Positions 21,613 to 31,355 of a stretch of 64,000 bases of DNA are shown here, piece after piece. The notes under the pieces are model-generated. The model saw nothing but the letters and a program-made list of their open reading frames with translations. It made no database searches and was not told the DNA's origin. The DNA is taken from positions 5,148-69,147 of the forward strand of contig JAKQKX010000065.1 of NCBI GenBank assembly GCA_029560465.1, in the 5' to 3' direction. Made by a program: the position numbers and the translations under genes. The first letter of the stretch is position 1. Each line of letters begins with the position of its first letter. The stretch is from Candidatus Omnitrophota bacterium (GTDB taxonomy: Bacteria > Omnitrophota > Gorgyraeia > Zapsychrales > JANLHA01).

Positions 21613-22023
21613 TTAATTAGACGATTTCAACTGCACAAACGGATAAATAACATCCAGCAATGATTCCGGTGTGTACGGCTTCACAACATACCCGACAAGA
21701 TTAGGATTAACCGCCCAAGCCTTTTTCTTGTTCTCATCCGTCCCGGAAGCGGTGACCATGATGATCGCTTTGTTGGCCACCTGCGGGACTTTCACCACCG
21801 CCTCCATAAATTCCATCCCCGACATCCGGGGCATCTGCCAGTCCAGGAGGATAAGCCCCACTTCCTTGTAATGGGTCCCCAGGATTTCAATCGCCTCCTC
21901 CCCTGTCCTGGCCTGCAGAAAACCATTCTGGACTCCAGCCCCTTTGAGGACCTCAATCAACAACTCCCTCTCCAGGTCAGAATCATCCACCACTAATATT
22001 TTGCCATGATTTAATTCTTCCAC
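21613..22023 (-). CDS. CheY-like response regulator
   Basis: ILVVDDS, LILLDWQMP, IIMVTA, YVVKPY. Confidence 0.92.
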   Translation of the reverse strand: MEELNHGKILVVDDSDLERELLIEVLKGAGVQNGFLQARTGEEAIEILGTHYKEVGLILLDWQMPRMSGMEFMEAVVKVPQVANKAIIMVTASGTDENKKKAWAVNPNLVGYVVKPYTPESLLDVIYPFVQLKSSN

Positions 22024-22056
22024 AAGGGTCGTCCTTTGGTTAAATAATATCCCTCA

Positions 22057-24342
22057 TCACATTTTTGTGTTACGAATAATTTTCTCCTTCAATTCATCCA
22101 CACCAAACGGCTTGGGAAGATAATCCGTCATGCCGGCTTCCAGGCACCGGTCCTTCTCGTCTTCCAGTTCCGCCGCCGTAAGCGCTATGATCGGCAAATT
22201 CTTTTTTAACTCATTCCGGATAATCCTCGTTGCTTCGACCCCGCCCATCACAGGCATTTGCAAGTCCATAAAACAGATGCCGTAATCATTCTTCCGGAGG
22301 AACTCTATCGCTTCCTGGCCGTTCGCCGCGTAATCACAGGTGCAGCCAAGTGTTTCAAAATGAACTTTCAGCAATTCCATATTGGGAATACTGTCCTCCG
22401 CGACCAGAACTCTCACTCCGGAGCAGGAAATTTTCTGGATCATCTCATCCGATAAAACGCGCGCGTAATCGGTCTTCTCACCCAGGACGCGCTGCAACAC
22501 ATCGCACAGCTCGGCCGAGATAATGGGTTTCGGCAAAAAAATGTCAAACCCGGCCTGGTTGAATTCAGAAGACGTCTCCACTTTAACATCCGACGACACG
22601 CCAATCAGCTTGATATTTTTATAATGTTCCTGCTGTTTCAGTTTATAGGCCAACATATACGCTTGTTTTTCCGGGAGAAGCAAATCAATAAAAATCAAGG
22701 CTGGTAAACTCTGCTGGCCTTTCTCCCTGGACAAGAGCAATTCGGAGGCCTGCTTGGCCGTCTGGCAGACCGCCAGGACGTTCAACCGGGCGGCCTCGAA
22801 CTGCGGGAGATACTGACGCAAAGATGTTTCGTGCATATCCACGATCAAAACTTCCGCCCCGGCGTTCTTTTGGAGGACCACCACATCTTCTTTGGGAGGG
22901 TGCTCCGTGGATTCATCAAAACAAATCGTAAAAATAAAACGGCTGCCTTCCCCCAGTTTCGATTCCAGCCATATCGTCCCCCCCATTGTTTCCACAAAAG
23001 TCTTACACAAGGCCAAACCTAACCCGGAGCCGCCATAAATGCGCGTTGTCGCATCATTGGCCTGCGTGAACGTTTCGAAAACAGCGTCCTGACGGTCTTC
23101 AGGGATCCCGATCCCGGTATCGCGCACGAGAAATTTAAGCGTCCGGCCCGGCTGCGTAAACCCATTCTGTCCGACCAGGCTGACCTCCAACCCGATCTCG
23201 CCATGTTCAGTGAATTTGATCGCGTTATCGATCAAATTGATAAAAATCTGTTTCAGCCGGGTCGGGTCTCCCATGAGAAACCGCGGGACGTCCAGCGCGA
23301 TATTGAAATACAGGTTAATAGGCTTGCTTGTCAAACGGGTACGGATAATCTTAAAAACTTCTTCAACGACATAATCAAGGTTAAAAGGGATCTTCTCCAA
23401 TTTGAGTTTCCCGGACTCAACTTTGGAGAAATCCAGGATGTCGTTGACAATCTCCAACAGCATCCGTCCGCTGACAATAATCGTGTTCAAATGCTCGTTC
23501 TGTTTGCTGTTAAGCCCGCTTTCTTTCAGGAGGTCGGTAAACCCCAAAATCGCATTGATCAGCGTCCGGATCTCATGAGACATGTTCGCCAAATATTCAC
23601 TTTTAGCCCGGGCTTCTTCCTGAGCCTGCTGCGTCAGCTTGATCGCCAGTTCACGCTCCTTGATAAGTTCCCTCTGGCGTTCATGCAACTTACTCTGGGC
23701 CACTTTCAGTTCACGGCCGGTTTCCTCATAATCCTGCAACAGCTTCGAAAGAACCCCGACCTCACAATCAACCCGGCCCTGGGCATGTTCGAGTTGTTGT
23801 TTGAACAAAGTGCAGGCTGTCATGTCCGGCTCGAAATTAATCTTGGGTATATTGCGGACAATCGGCTTCACCGGGCGGGCGGACGAGCTGCTTTTTCGGA
23901 TGGTTTCGTCAACAGCGGCGATAATGCTTGTCACATCGAGATATTCACTCTTCAACTCCCCGCCATTAACGATCTGTTCATCCAAAAGTTCCAGCAATTT
24001 CTGCAGGGCCTCAATGGCCCGCGTGATCAGCAGGATCATATCATTGTCAAGCTGGAGAAGATTCTTGCGGAACTTATCTAATAATGTTTCCGAGGAGGCG
24101 GTGAGCGAGAAGATATCGTGCAGATCTAAAAAATCGGCAAGTCCTTTAATGGTGTGGAATGTTTTAAAAACATCTTCAACCGCTTCCCGATCCGAAGGGA
24201 CAGTTTCCAAAATTAACAATGCGTTCCTGGCAGCAATGAGGTGCCGCTGGGCTTCACGGGAAAAATCCGTGAGCATTTCCGTCCCTTCCGACAGGTCCAG
24301 TTGAGGAACCTGGGGGAGGAACTCTTTTCTCTCAGGAGTCAT
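22057..24342 (-). CDS. hybrid histidine kinase: Hpt(CheA-P1-like)-HisKA-HATPase-REC-REC
   Basis: VFKTFHTIKG; LANMSHEIRT; NLIDNAIKFT, DTGIGI, GGSGLGL; two receiver domains. Confidence 0.93.
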   Translation of the reverse strand: MTPERKEFLPQVPQLDLSEGTEMLTDFSREAQRHLIAARNALLILETVPSDREAVEDVFKTFHTIKGLADFLDLHDIFSLTASSETLLDKFRKNLLQLDNDMILLITRAIEALQKLLELLDEQIVNGGELKSEYLDVTSIIAAVDETIRKSSSSARPVKPIVRNIPKINFEPDMTACTLFKQQLEHAQGRVDCEVGVLSKLLQDYEETGRELKVAQSKLHERQRELIKERELAIKLTQQAQEEARAKSEYLANMSHEIRTLINAILGFTDLLKESGLNSKQNEHLNTIIVSGRMLLEIVNDILDFSKVESGKLKLEKIPFNLDYVVEEVFKIIRTRLTSKPINLYFNIALDVPRFLMGDPTRLKQIFINLIDNAIKFTEHGEIGLEVSLVGQNGFTQPGRTLKFLVRDTGIGIPEDRQDAVFETFTQANDATTRIYGGSGLGLALCKTFVETMGGTIWLESKLGEGSRFIFTICFDESTEHPPKEDVVVLQKNAGAEVLIVDMHETSLRQYLPQFEAARLNVLAVCQTAKQASELLLSREKGQQSLPALIFIDLLLPEKQAYMLAYKLKQQEHYKNIKLIGVSSDVKVETSSEFNQAGFDIFLPKPIISAELCDVLQRVLGEKTDYARVLSDEMIQKISCSGVRVLVAEDSIPNMELLKVHFETLGCTCDYAANGQEAIEFLRKNDYGICFMDLQMPVMGGVEATRIIRNELKKNLPIIALTAAELEDEKDRCLEAGMTDYLPKPFGVDELKEKIIRNTKM

Positions 24343-24434
24343 GTCAACCCCACCCGATAAAATATTAATAAATAAAACTCACAATAAATATATCATCAAC
24401 TCCTCGCAAAAAAAAGCATTGATCATAATATTTA

Positions 24435-25508
24435 CTAATATGAATTCACGCATCGGTTTCGTATATCTTCAATGAGGGGCAGAATCTCCAGGAAGCGGTC
24501 CACGATAATAGGAGAAAAATGGGTTTCTTTCATGTGCCGGATCTCTTCAACCGCCGCGTCAACCGGCCACGCTTGCTTATATGGCCGGTCCGAGGTTAAC
24601 GCATCAAAGACATCACAAATACTGCAAATCTGCCCCACGACCGGGATTTCATCGCCCCGAAGCTGTTTGGGATACCCTGTCCCGTCCCATTTTTCATGAT
24701 GCGTGATGCAGATGATCTGCGCCATTTTCATAACCGGAGAACTGCTGCCGGCAAGGAGCTTCGCGCCGATCACGGTGTGAGTCTTCATAATTTCATATTC
24801 TTCCTGTGTCAAACGGCCCGGTTTTAACAAGACGGCGTCGGGGATACCCAGCTTGCCGATATCGTGGAGCGGGCTGGCATGCAGCAAAAGGTCGCACTCC
24901 GGCAGGCTCATTCCCATGGCAACCCCGAATTTCTGGCAATACTGGCTCATCCGGATAATATGCAACCCCGTATCACTGTCGCGGAATTCCGCGGCTTGGG
25001 CGAGCCGCCGGATAATGTCCAGCTGAGTTTCCCTCAGCTCCTTCGTCCGCTCCTGCACTTTGCTTTCCAGGATCTTATTCTGGTTCTTGACTTCCATATG
25101 CAAAGACCGCATCTCGATCATGTTGTGAATGCGAAAAATAATCTCCATATTTTCATAAGGCTTATTAAGAAAATCCGTTGCGCCGGACTGCAGTGCCCGC
25201 AAGCGGACATCGGAACTCTTCTCGGAAGACAGCGCGAGGATGGGGAGATAATGCTCCCTCCGGAATTCTGCCAATTGCTCCATGATCTGAAATCCATCAA
25301 GGTGCGGCATAAAAATATCCAAGACAATGATCTCCGGCTGAAAATCCCGAACCAAACCGAGGACCTTAAGCGAATCGTTGGCGTATTCCACGTTCTTAAA
25401 TCCTTCTTCCGCGAGTATCTTTTTCAAATAAAGTCCGTGGAGTTTCTGGTCATCCACAATCAGAATCCTGGAATTATCCATTTGTTCTTTTGTATACATA
25501 AGAGCCAT
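24435..25508 (-). CDS. REC-HD-GYP cyclic dinucleotide phosphodiesterase (RpfG-like)
   Basis: N-terminal receiver, LHDIGK, HHEKWDGTGYP, DVFDALTSDRPYK. Confidence 0.94.
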   Translation of the reverse strand: MALMYTKEQMDNSRILIVDDQKLHGLYLKKILAEEGFKNVEYANDSLKVLGLVRDFQPEIIVLDIFMPHLDGFQIMEQLAEFRREHYLPILALSSEKSSDVRLRALQSGATDFLNKPYENMEIIFRIHNMIEMRSLHMEVKNQNKILESKVQERTKELRETQLDIIRRLAQAAEFRDSDTGLHIIRMSQYCQKFGVAMGMSLPECDLLLHASPLHDIGKLGIPDAVLLKPGRLTQEEYEIMKTHTVIGAKLLAGSSSPVMKMAQIICITHHEKWDGTGYPKQLRGDEIPVVGQICSICDVFDALTSDRPYKQAWPVDAAVEEIRHMKETHFSPIIVDRFLEILPLIEDIRNRCVNSY

Positions 25509-25650
25509 CCGTCAATTAAGCGCACGCCGTGACGAATCGCGTCACGCGCCGCCTTCTCACACGCCTGATCTTTTTAAAATTTAATAAATAATACTATTTT
25601 AATGTCTGGACAAGCGGAATGTAAGTAAAATTCCGGTTTTTTAATTTTCA

Positions 25651-26424
25651 TTAAAGATTCTCAGGAATACGCTCAAGATTCCACTGTTGCAGATTCTCTA
25701 AGACCTGATAATCCGTTAAATCACATTGAACAGGGGAAATCGTGATATATTTCTTTTTCAAAGCGCTTGTATCGACATCCAAAACCCCGTCTGTCCGTGG
25801 CGCTTTCCCGCTCATCCAATAGTATGTTCTTCCTGAAGGATCCTGCCGTTTCTTGAAAATTCCTTCGATAGGCGCGACGCACTGCCGGGCCGCCCGGATC
25901 CCCTTAATATCTTTCGCCGGGAGATTGGGAACATTGATATTTAAAAACGTCCCCTTCGGGAGGCCCCGTTTCAGCACATCCCTGGCAACCAGGCGGGCCA
26001 CCTTAGCCGCGGTCCGGAAATCCGGGTTGACAAACGTGTCCAAAGAAACCGCCAAGGAAGGGATTCCGCTCAAAGCGCCTTCCCGCGCCCCGGCGACCGT
26101 TCCGGAATAAAAAACACTGCTGCCGTCGTTCCCTCCGATATTGATCCCGGACACAACAAGGCCAGGCTTTTTCTTTAAAATCACCTTTATCGCGAACTTG
26201 ACACAATCCGCCGGGGTCCCGCTGATCCCGTAGCCAAAGAACGCGCCTTTTCGCCGGATCTCTTTGTACCAGATCGGATGAGACAGAGTAATCCCGTGGC
26301 CCACAGAACTCCGCTCGCTATCCGGGGCCACGACAACGATCTCTCCCATCCTTTTCATTTCCGCGACAAGAGCGTAAATCCCTTCCGAGTAAACGCCATC
26401 ATCATTTGTAATCAGTATGGTCAT
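25651..26424 (-). CDS. surE: 5'/3'-nucleotidase SurE
   Basis: ILITNDDG, GTPADCV, SGINIGGN, YSGTVAGA. Confidence 0.96.
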   Translation of the reverse strand: MTILITNDDGVYSEGIYALVAEMKRMGEIVVVAPDSERSSVGHGITLSHPIWYKEIRRKGAFFGYGISGTPADCVKFAIKVILKKKPGLVVSGINIGGNDGSSVFYSGTVAGAREGALSGIPSLAVSLDTFVNPDFRTAAKVARLVARDVLKRGLPKGTFLNINVPNLPAKDIKGIRAARQCVAPIEGIFKKRQDPSGRTYYWMSGKAPRTDGVLDVDTSALKKKYITISPVQCDLTDYQVLENLQQWNLERIPENL

Positions 26425-26465
26425 GCCCTTCCTCCTTTAGATGGGCCGGCACACCAGCCCTGAAT

Positions 26466-27554
26466 TCACTCCGAAACACATCCCGCACCCCCCGTCAAAC
26501 AGGCACGGCCTTCACGCAGTCTTTCCACTATTTTCACGCTCCCGGAAGGCATCGCATAATCCGAAAACTCCCGGGACCTCACCCAACGGTGCGTTTCATC
26601 AGATTTCGGGATAGGCCGCGCAGAACACAGCCACACGGATAAATGCACGCGGAACTGGGTATAAAAATGCCTCACATTCATCAACGGCACTGCGGACTGA
26701 ATGGCGACGCCCAATTCTTCATCGAGTTCGCGTTCCAAGGCCCGACGGCTTGTTTCTCCCTCCTGAATCTGCCCGCCGGGGAACTCCCACAAACCCGCCA
26801 ATAACCCCGACAGAGGCCGGCGCTGGATAAAAAAACGCCCTTTATGCCTGATCACGGCAATCGCCGCGTAGATATCCTTTAGTTTCTTTGTTTTCGGCTC
26901 CGGGATAATCTCCTGCACTCCTTTATGATAGGCCTGACAGGCGTTCCGAACAGGACATTGAGAACACAAGGGAAGCTGACTGCGGCAAACCGTCGCCCCG
27001 AGCTCCATCAAAGCCTGGTTAAAATCCCCGGGGGCTCGAGCCGGCAAAAGGCGCTTTAATTCTCCGGAAATCACGCCGTCATGCCGGCCATCCGCCTTCC
27101 CGTCCAAAAGGAGCAGGCGCATAAAGACTCTGCGGACATTCGCGTCAATAATCGGTTCCGCTTTCTGAAAAGCGATACTTAAAACGGCCCCGGTCGTGTA
27201 AGCCCCGAAACCGGGCAACCGCCGGAGGTTCTCCTTATCAGCCGGCAATGTTCCCCCGTAACATTCGCAAATGATCTGGGCCGCCTTATGAACATTCCGG
27301 GCACGCTGGTAATACCCGAGCCCCTGCCAAGCTTTTAGAATTTCAGCGGGCGACGCCCGCGCGACACTTCCGACATCCGGGAACTTTTCGATCCACCGCT
27401 CATAATACGGGATGACCGCCGAAACCGTTGTCTGCTGCAACATAATTTCGGAAACCCAGACTTTATATGGATCAGAGGTCCTGCGCCACGGGAGATCCCG
27501 GGCATGCCTCCGGTACCAACAACGCAAATTCCTGTTAAAACCATTTCTATCCAT
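26466..27554 (-). CDS. mutY: A/G-specific adenine glycosylase with C-terminal Nudix domain
   Basis: RDLPWR, VSEIMLQQT, WQGLGYY, NQALMELGATVC..PLCSQCP..C. Confidence 0.95.
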   Translation of the reverse strand: MDRNGFNRNLRCWYRRHARDLPWRRTSDPYKVWVSEIMLQQTTVSAVIPYYERWIEKFPDVGSVARASPAEILKAWQGLGYYQRARNVHKAAQIICECYGGTLPADKENLRRLPGFGAYTTGAVLSIAFQKAEPIIDANVRRVFMRLLLLDGKADGRHDGVISGELKRLLPARAPGDFNQALMELGATVCRSQLPLCSQCPVRNACQAYHKGVQEIIPEPKTKKLKDIYAAIAVIRHKGRFFIQRRPLSGLLAGLWEFPGGQIQEGETSRRALERELDEELGVAIQSAVPLMNVRHFYTQFRVHLSVWLCSARPIPKSDETHRWVRSREFSDYAMPSGSVKIVERLREGRACLTGGAGCVSE

Positions 27555-27600
27555 GATATGATGATTTTATAAAGGCAGGCCCCCAGCGTGTCGCCCGGCA

Positions 27601-28464
27601 TCACCCCGCGACATAACGGAGACACCGGGAAGAAGACTGAACCCGCACTTGCTCCCCGAAACGGAATAAGCGCCGCTCATGTGAGCCGTCAATGTAAATC
27701 ACGCCTTCCTTCATTAAAGAAATCAGATGAATCCCCGTTTGAGAAGAGACAACCCCGGCCGTGAACCGGCATCTCGGCGCGCGGCCCCGAAAAATTTCCC
27801 GCACCCGATACTGCAGTTTTCGGCTCGTTAAAGGCATAACCGTCCCGCCGGCAGAACGGAGGGCCCCAGTCGACCCCGCGGCCGTGGCGATCCATAACCC
27901 CGAACTGTTGTGTTCCTCGCCCTTCCCCCTGATTCGAATACAATACCGGCTCATCGCCGCCGGATTCTGATGGCAGGCCAGGATATCATTCAGGGCATAA
28001 ACCGTTTCCCCTGATGATTCAAACAGGAGTCGCATCCGGTTAAGCGACAGCGTTTTCATGCGCCCGGAACACATCCGTTGCCAAAGGGGGGCGAATGTGT
28101 CCGCTGTCACGGCGCAGAAACGGCCCACGCTCCATTGAGGGTCGGAATTAACACCCAGGATATATTGCCGGGTCACCGACCGTGCCCCCTCCAAAAAGGT
28201 CCCGTCTCCTCCGACCGTAATCACCACGTCATACCTGGAATAATCAACGGGCTGTCCTCTGGGAACCATGTCAAAAGAAACCCCCTGGGCCTTCAAAGCA
28301 TTTCCAATGGCATCCAGACTCCTATAATGGGCGTCATGAGTCCCCTTAAACCGCGCAACAAAGACCTGCTCCGTCCTGCTCAAAGGCGCTGATGCACGGT
28401 GTTTCTGAAAATGGTGCTTAAACGTGCTCTTTTTATAAAGAAGCAGAACATTTTTAATTTTCAT
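27601..28464 (-). CDS. NAD(+) kinase
   Basis: VGGDGTFL, ALND, TAAGSTG. Confidence 0.9.
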   Translation of the reverse strand: MKIKNVLLLYKKSTFKHHFQKHRASAPLSRTEQVFVARFKGTHDAHYRSLDAIGNALKAQGVSFDMVPRGQPVDYSRYDVVITVGGDGTFLEGARSVTRQYILGVNSDPQWSVGRFCAVTADTFAPLWQRMCSGRMKTLSLNRMRLLFESSGETVYALNDILACHQNPAAMSRYCIRIRGKGEEHNSSGLWIATAAGSTGALRSAGGTVMPLTSRKLQYRVREIFRGRAPRCRFTAGVVSSQTGIHLISLMKEGVIYIDGSHERRLFRFGEQVRVQSSSRCLRYVAG

Positions 28465-29164
28465 CTTTCGGAAAGCCCCCTGTTAGCCTGTGGGGAAAAT
28501 TATCGCGGAAAGAAACTTTTGTCCGCATATCCTTAAATGAAGTAAAAACCCTATCTGCCTGCTTAAGATAACACGGCGGCAATGAAGTCGCGATGGCGAA
28601 ACACATTATCCCTGCGGATTTCGCCGCCTGGATTCCGAACGGTGCGTTCTCAATCACCAGCGCCCTGGGAGCGTTTACCTTGAGTTGACTCAAGGCTTTA
28701 AGATAGGGTTCCGGGGCAGGCTTGCCATGCTTGACATCATTCCCAGTCACAATCACTGTAAACTGCTTTAGAATTCTATCCGGGAGGATACGATGCATTT
28801 CGTGCCGCGAAGTCCCGGTCACCAAGGCTAAACGCATCCCGGCCCGCTCCATCTCGTTGAGAAAACTCCGAGCGCCGCAGATGAACCGTTGTTTGACGAT
28901 TTTCTTAAATAACGCTTCCTTCGCAGACAGGATCCGGTCTCCGTGGGACACCGTGTATTTCTTTTGATACATCGCTAGGATTTCACGCACACTCACACTG
29001 CCCTTCTGCCCTTCCCGACGATAAATCTCCTCATGAGGGACCGAAATCCCCTCCTCTTGGAATAAAACGGTACGCCAGGCCCGGTAATGGTCCGGCATGG
29101 TGTTGGTGATAACCCCATCCATATCAAAAAGAATCGCCTGCACGTCTAGACATGTCGGTTTCAT
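28454..29164 (-). CDS. HAD-superfamily phosphatase (beta-PGM-like)
   Basis: FDMDGVI, GKPAPEPY, VIENAPFGIQAA. Confidence 0.92.
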   Translation of the reverse strand: MKPTCLDVQAILFDMDGVITNTMPDHYRAWRTVLFQEEGISVPHEEIYRREGQKGSVSVREILAMYQKKYTVSHGDRILSAKEALFKKIVKQRFICGARSFLNEMERAGMRLALVTGTSRHEMHRILPDRILKQFTVIVTGNDVKHGKPAPEPYLKALSQLKVNAPRALVIENAPFGIQAAKSAGIMCFAIATSLPPCYLKQADRVFTSFKDMRTKVSFRDNFPHRLTGGFPKDEN

Positions 29165-29369
29165 AATGACAACCCTTACCTTATAAAATTACACGGACCG
29201 TATTCAATCCTGGCCCATAAAAAGGAGCTGATAAAATTATACTGTTTTTGTGAAAGGACAGCGGGACAGGCAAAAATCTATAGCAGCCTGCGACTGCGGT
29301 CTGTTGAATTTTTCTGATCCCTTAAATACCCCCGCGAGAAAAACATGGGCGCCCATAAAGCGACCAAAT

Positions 29370-29765
29370 TCATTGAGCAGGTTTGTCATAAAAATATGGT
29401 TCAAATTCCTTGCGGCACTTCACTTCACAGACAAAAGGGTTGATTTCGGCTTTATTGAATTCACAATCCTGGACGCACGTTTTGCACTGCATAAAAATAT
29501 CGTTGCTGACAAAACGGCATTCCCCGTCCACAACCCGGCATTCCGCGAACTGGCGGCAAAAATCGCCGAGCTGATACATCGCCGTACAGGCCATGGGCTG
29601 GCTGAACCCGCATTGAATATCAAGCCCATGACAATTCTGAATCCGGCATTGTTCTTCCGGCCTCCCCTGCGGCCTGTCAAGGACCCCTTTTTTATCGCCG
29701 CTGCCCAGCAACACGAACACGCCGATCACGAAAGCGCAGGAAACGGTCCATTTGTTAACAATCAT
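29370..29765 (-). CDS. small exported Cys-rich hypothetical protein (12 Cys in the mature part)
   Basis: AAGGGG RBS before ATG 29765, N-terminal hydrophobic segment, CRIQNCHGLDIQCG...ACTAMYQLGDFC... Confidence 0.7.
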   Translation of the reverse strand: MIVNKWTVSCAFVIGVFVLLGSGDKKGVLDRPQGRPEEQCRIQNCHGLDIQCGFSQPMACTAMYQLGDFCRQFAECRVVDGECRFVSNDIFMQCKTCVQDCEFNKAEINPFVCEVKCRKEFEPYFYDKPAQ

Positions 29766-29924
29766 AATATTTTTCCCCTTATCCGCATATTTTACGGAAA
29801 TAACAACCCGCATTGCAAGACGCCGACAGAATACATGGCTTCTTAAACAACTCATATTTTATCACGCTTTAATGACGTGACGCAATCATAATGAAATTTA
29901 TAACGACTTGAAAAGACGGGGAGG

Positions 29925-31352
29925 CTAGAAACTGTACGGGAAACGGACTTCAAATGTCATGTCAGGCGCATCGCTTGTAAGCCCCAGGCTCACGGCAAAA
30001 TCCATGGAAGCCCGCTCGCTGAGCGCCCAATTGAAGCCGGTTTTGAAGTTAGCCGCGTTCTGAAAAGAACCCGGCACATCACGCCCGTCTCTATTCATCT
30101 TGCCGGTGACGGTGTGGTCAAAGGAAAAATTAATCGCCGTCTGATAACTCAAAGCGATAGCGGTGCCTAAACTGTAGCCGATGGAATCCCCGGGGTCAAC
30201 CTCCCCAAAATTCTCGATATCACCGCGAGGGATATTGTATGTGTAATTGATGCTCCCGAAAACAACGGCCGGATCGCTGGCCTTGGCTCCGACCAGAGCG
30301 CCGCTAACGGCCCAGTGTCCGGTTCCCATAGCGATATCCGTATTATACGGCTCATCCCCCGTGTTGGATTTAACGGACAGGCTCGCCACAAGATCAGGCA
30401 TTATCCCATGCTCCCAGCCGATCTGACGGCTGATCGAAACCTGAATGTCACCCAACCCGCCTTTCGAATCCGTCTGGTCATAAGTTGTGCTGTCGGTATT
30501 GGTGACGCGGTCATATTCAAACCGGCCCGGGACACGAACTTCAGTCTGAAGGTTATGTAAAAGGCCGTATTTAAACGCCCAGGTATGAATAAACACGTCC
30601 CGTTTTACTTTTTCCGTGTTGATGTCCCCAATGACTAAAATAGGAAGTATGCTGAACCCGTTAATATTAATCCGGTTCGAAGAAAAATGGGCGTAGGTCA
30701 AACTCGGTTCAAACTGCAGTTTCCCTTTCGGAAGCAGGATACTGCCTTTCTGAACGAGCGTCCGTTCAATCGAATCGACCCGCTCTAGAGTCCCTCCCTC
30801 CGGCTCGGGGGCTTGGGATGGGGCCGCTTGTTTTTTAGGGGTTTTTTCGGCATGGGATGCCGAAGCCAAAAGCATAACGTCTTGAGAAGGGGCTCTCATC
30901 ATCCCGACGCCGGGCACTTGGACATCCAATTCGATTCCTTGCCCGGCAATAAAACGGTCTAGTTCCTTATCGGTTAAACCAACATTATATTGCTCAACCG
31001 TTTCCCGGACTGTCCGGCGGACCGCCTCACGGATTGATTCTTCGCCTGGCAGGATGGCTTCCACCTGCCGCGGTAGGCCTTGCGGGTTAACGCCCCCATC
31101 AGCCTCCCCCCCTGCCTTCCGGGCCAGATACGAGTCCACTTCTCTACGGATCTCTTCCGCGATAAAAGGTTCCATCTGGGCCAGCACTTCCGCACGGATA
31201 TCCTTCCTGATCTCCTGACGGATTTGCGCGGCAAGGCCGTCCATGTCCCTGGTGGCCTTGGAATAACGGGAACGCAAAGCCCCAAGGGCCAAGAGAAGGG
31301 ATATGGTTATAACTCCCATGATATAAGGGAAGGTTTTTTTAATCATAATCAT
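29925..31352 (-). CDS. FapF-like outer-membrane beta-barrel transporter with long N-terminal helical extension
   Basis: C-terminal ~280 aa barrel (LLPKGKLQFEPSLTY..., GGLGDIQV, GTGHWAVS, SDAPDMTFEVRFPYSF ending in Phe); adjacent to a C39 peptidase as in fapD-fapF. Confidence 0.8.
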   Translation of the reverse strand: MIMIKKTFPYIMGVITISLLLALGALRSRYSKATRDMDGLAAQIRQEIRKDIRAEVLAQMEPFIAEEIRREVDSYLARKAGGEADGGVNPQGLPRQVEAILPGEESIREAVRRTVRETVEQYNVGLTDKELDRFIAGQGIELDVQVPGVGMMRAPSQDVMLLASASHAEKTPKKQAAPSQAPEPEGGTLERVDSIERTLVQKGSILLPKGKLQFEPSLTYAHFSSNRININGFSILPILVIGDINTEKVKRDVFIHTWAFKYGLLHNLQTEVRVPGRFEYDRVTNTDSTTYDQTDSKGGLGDIQVSISRQIGWEHGIMPDLVASLSVKSNTGDEPYNTDIAMGTGHWAVSGALVGAKASDPAVVFGSINYTYNIPRGDIENFGEVDPGDSIGYSLGTAIALSYQTAINFSFDHTVTGKMNRDGRDVPGSFQNAANFKTGFNWALSERASMDFAVSLGLTSDAPDMTFEVRFPYSF

Positions 31353-31355
31353 GTA

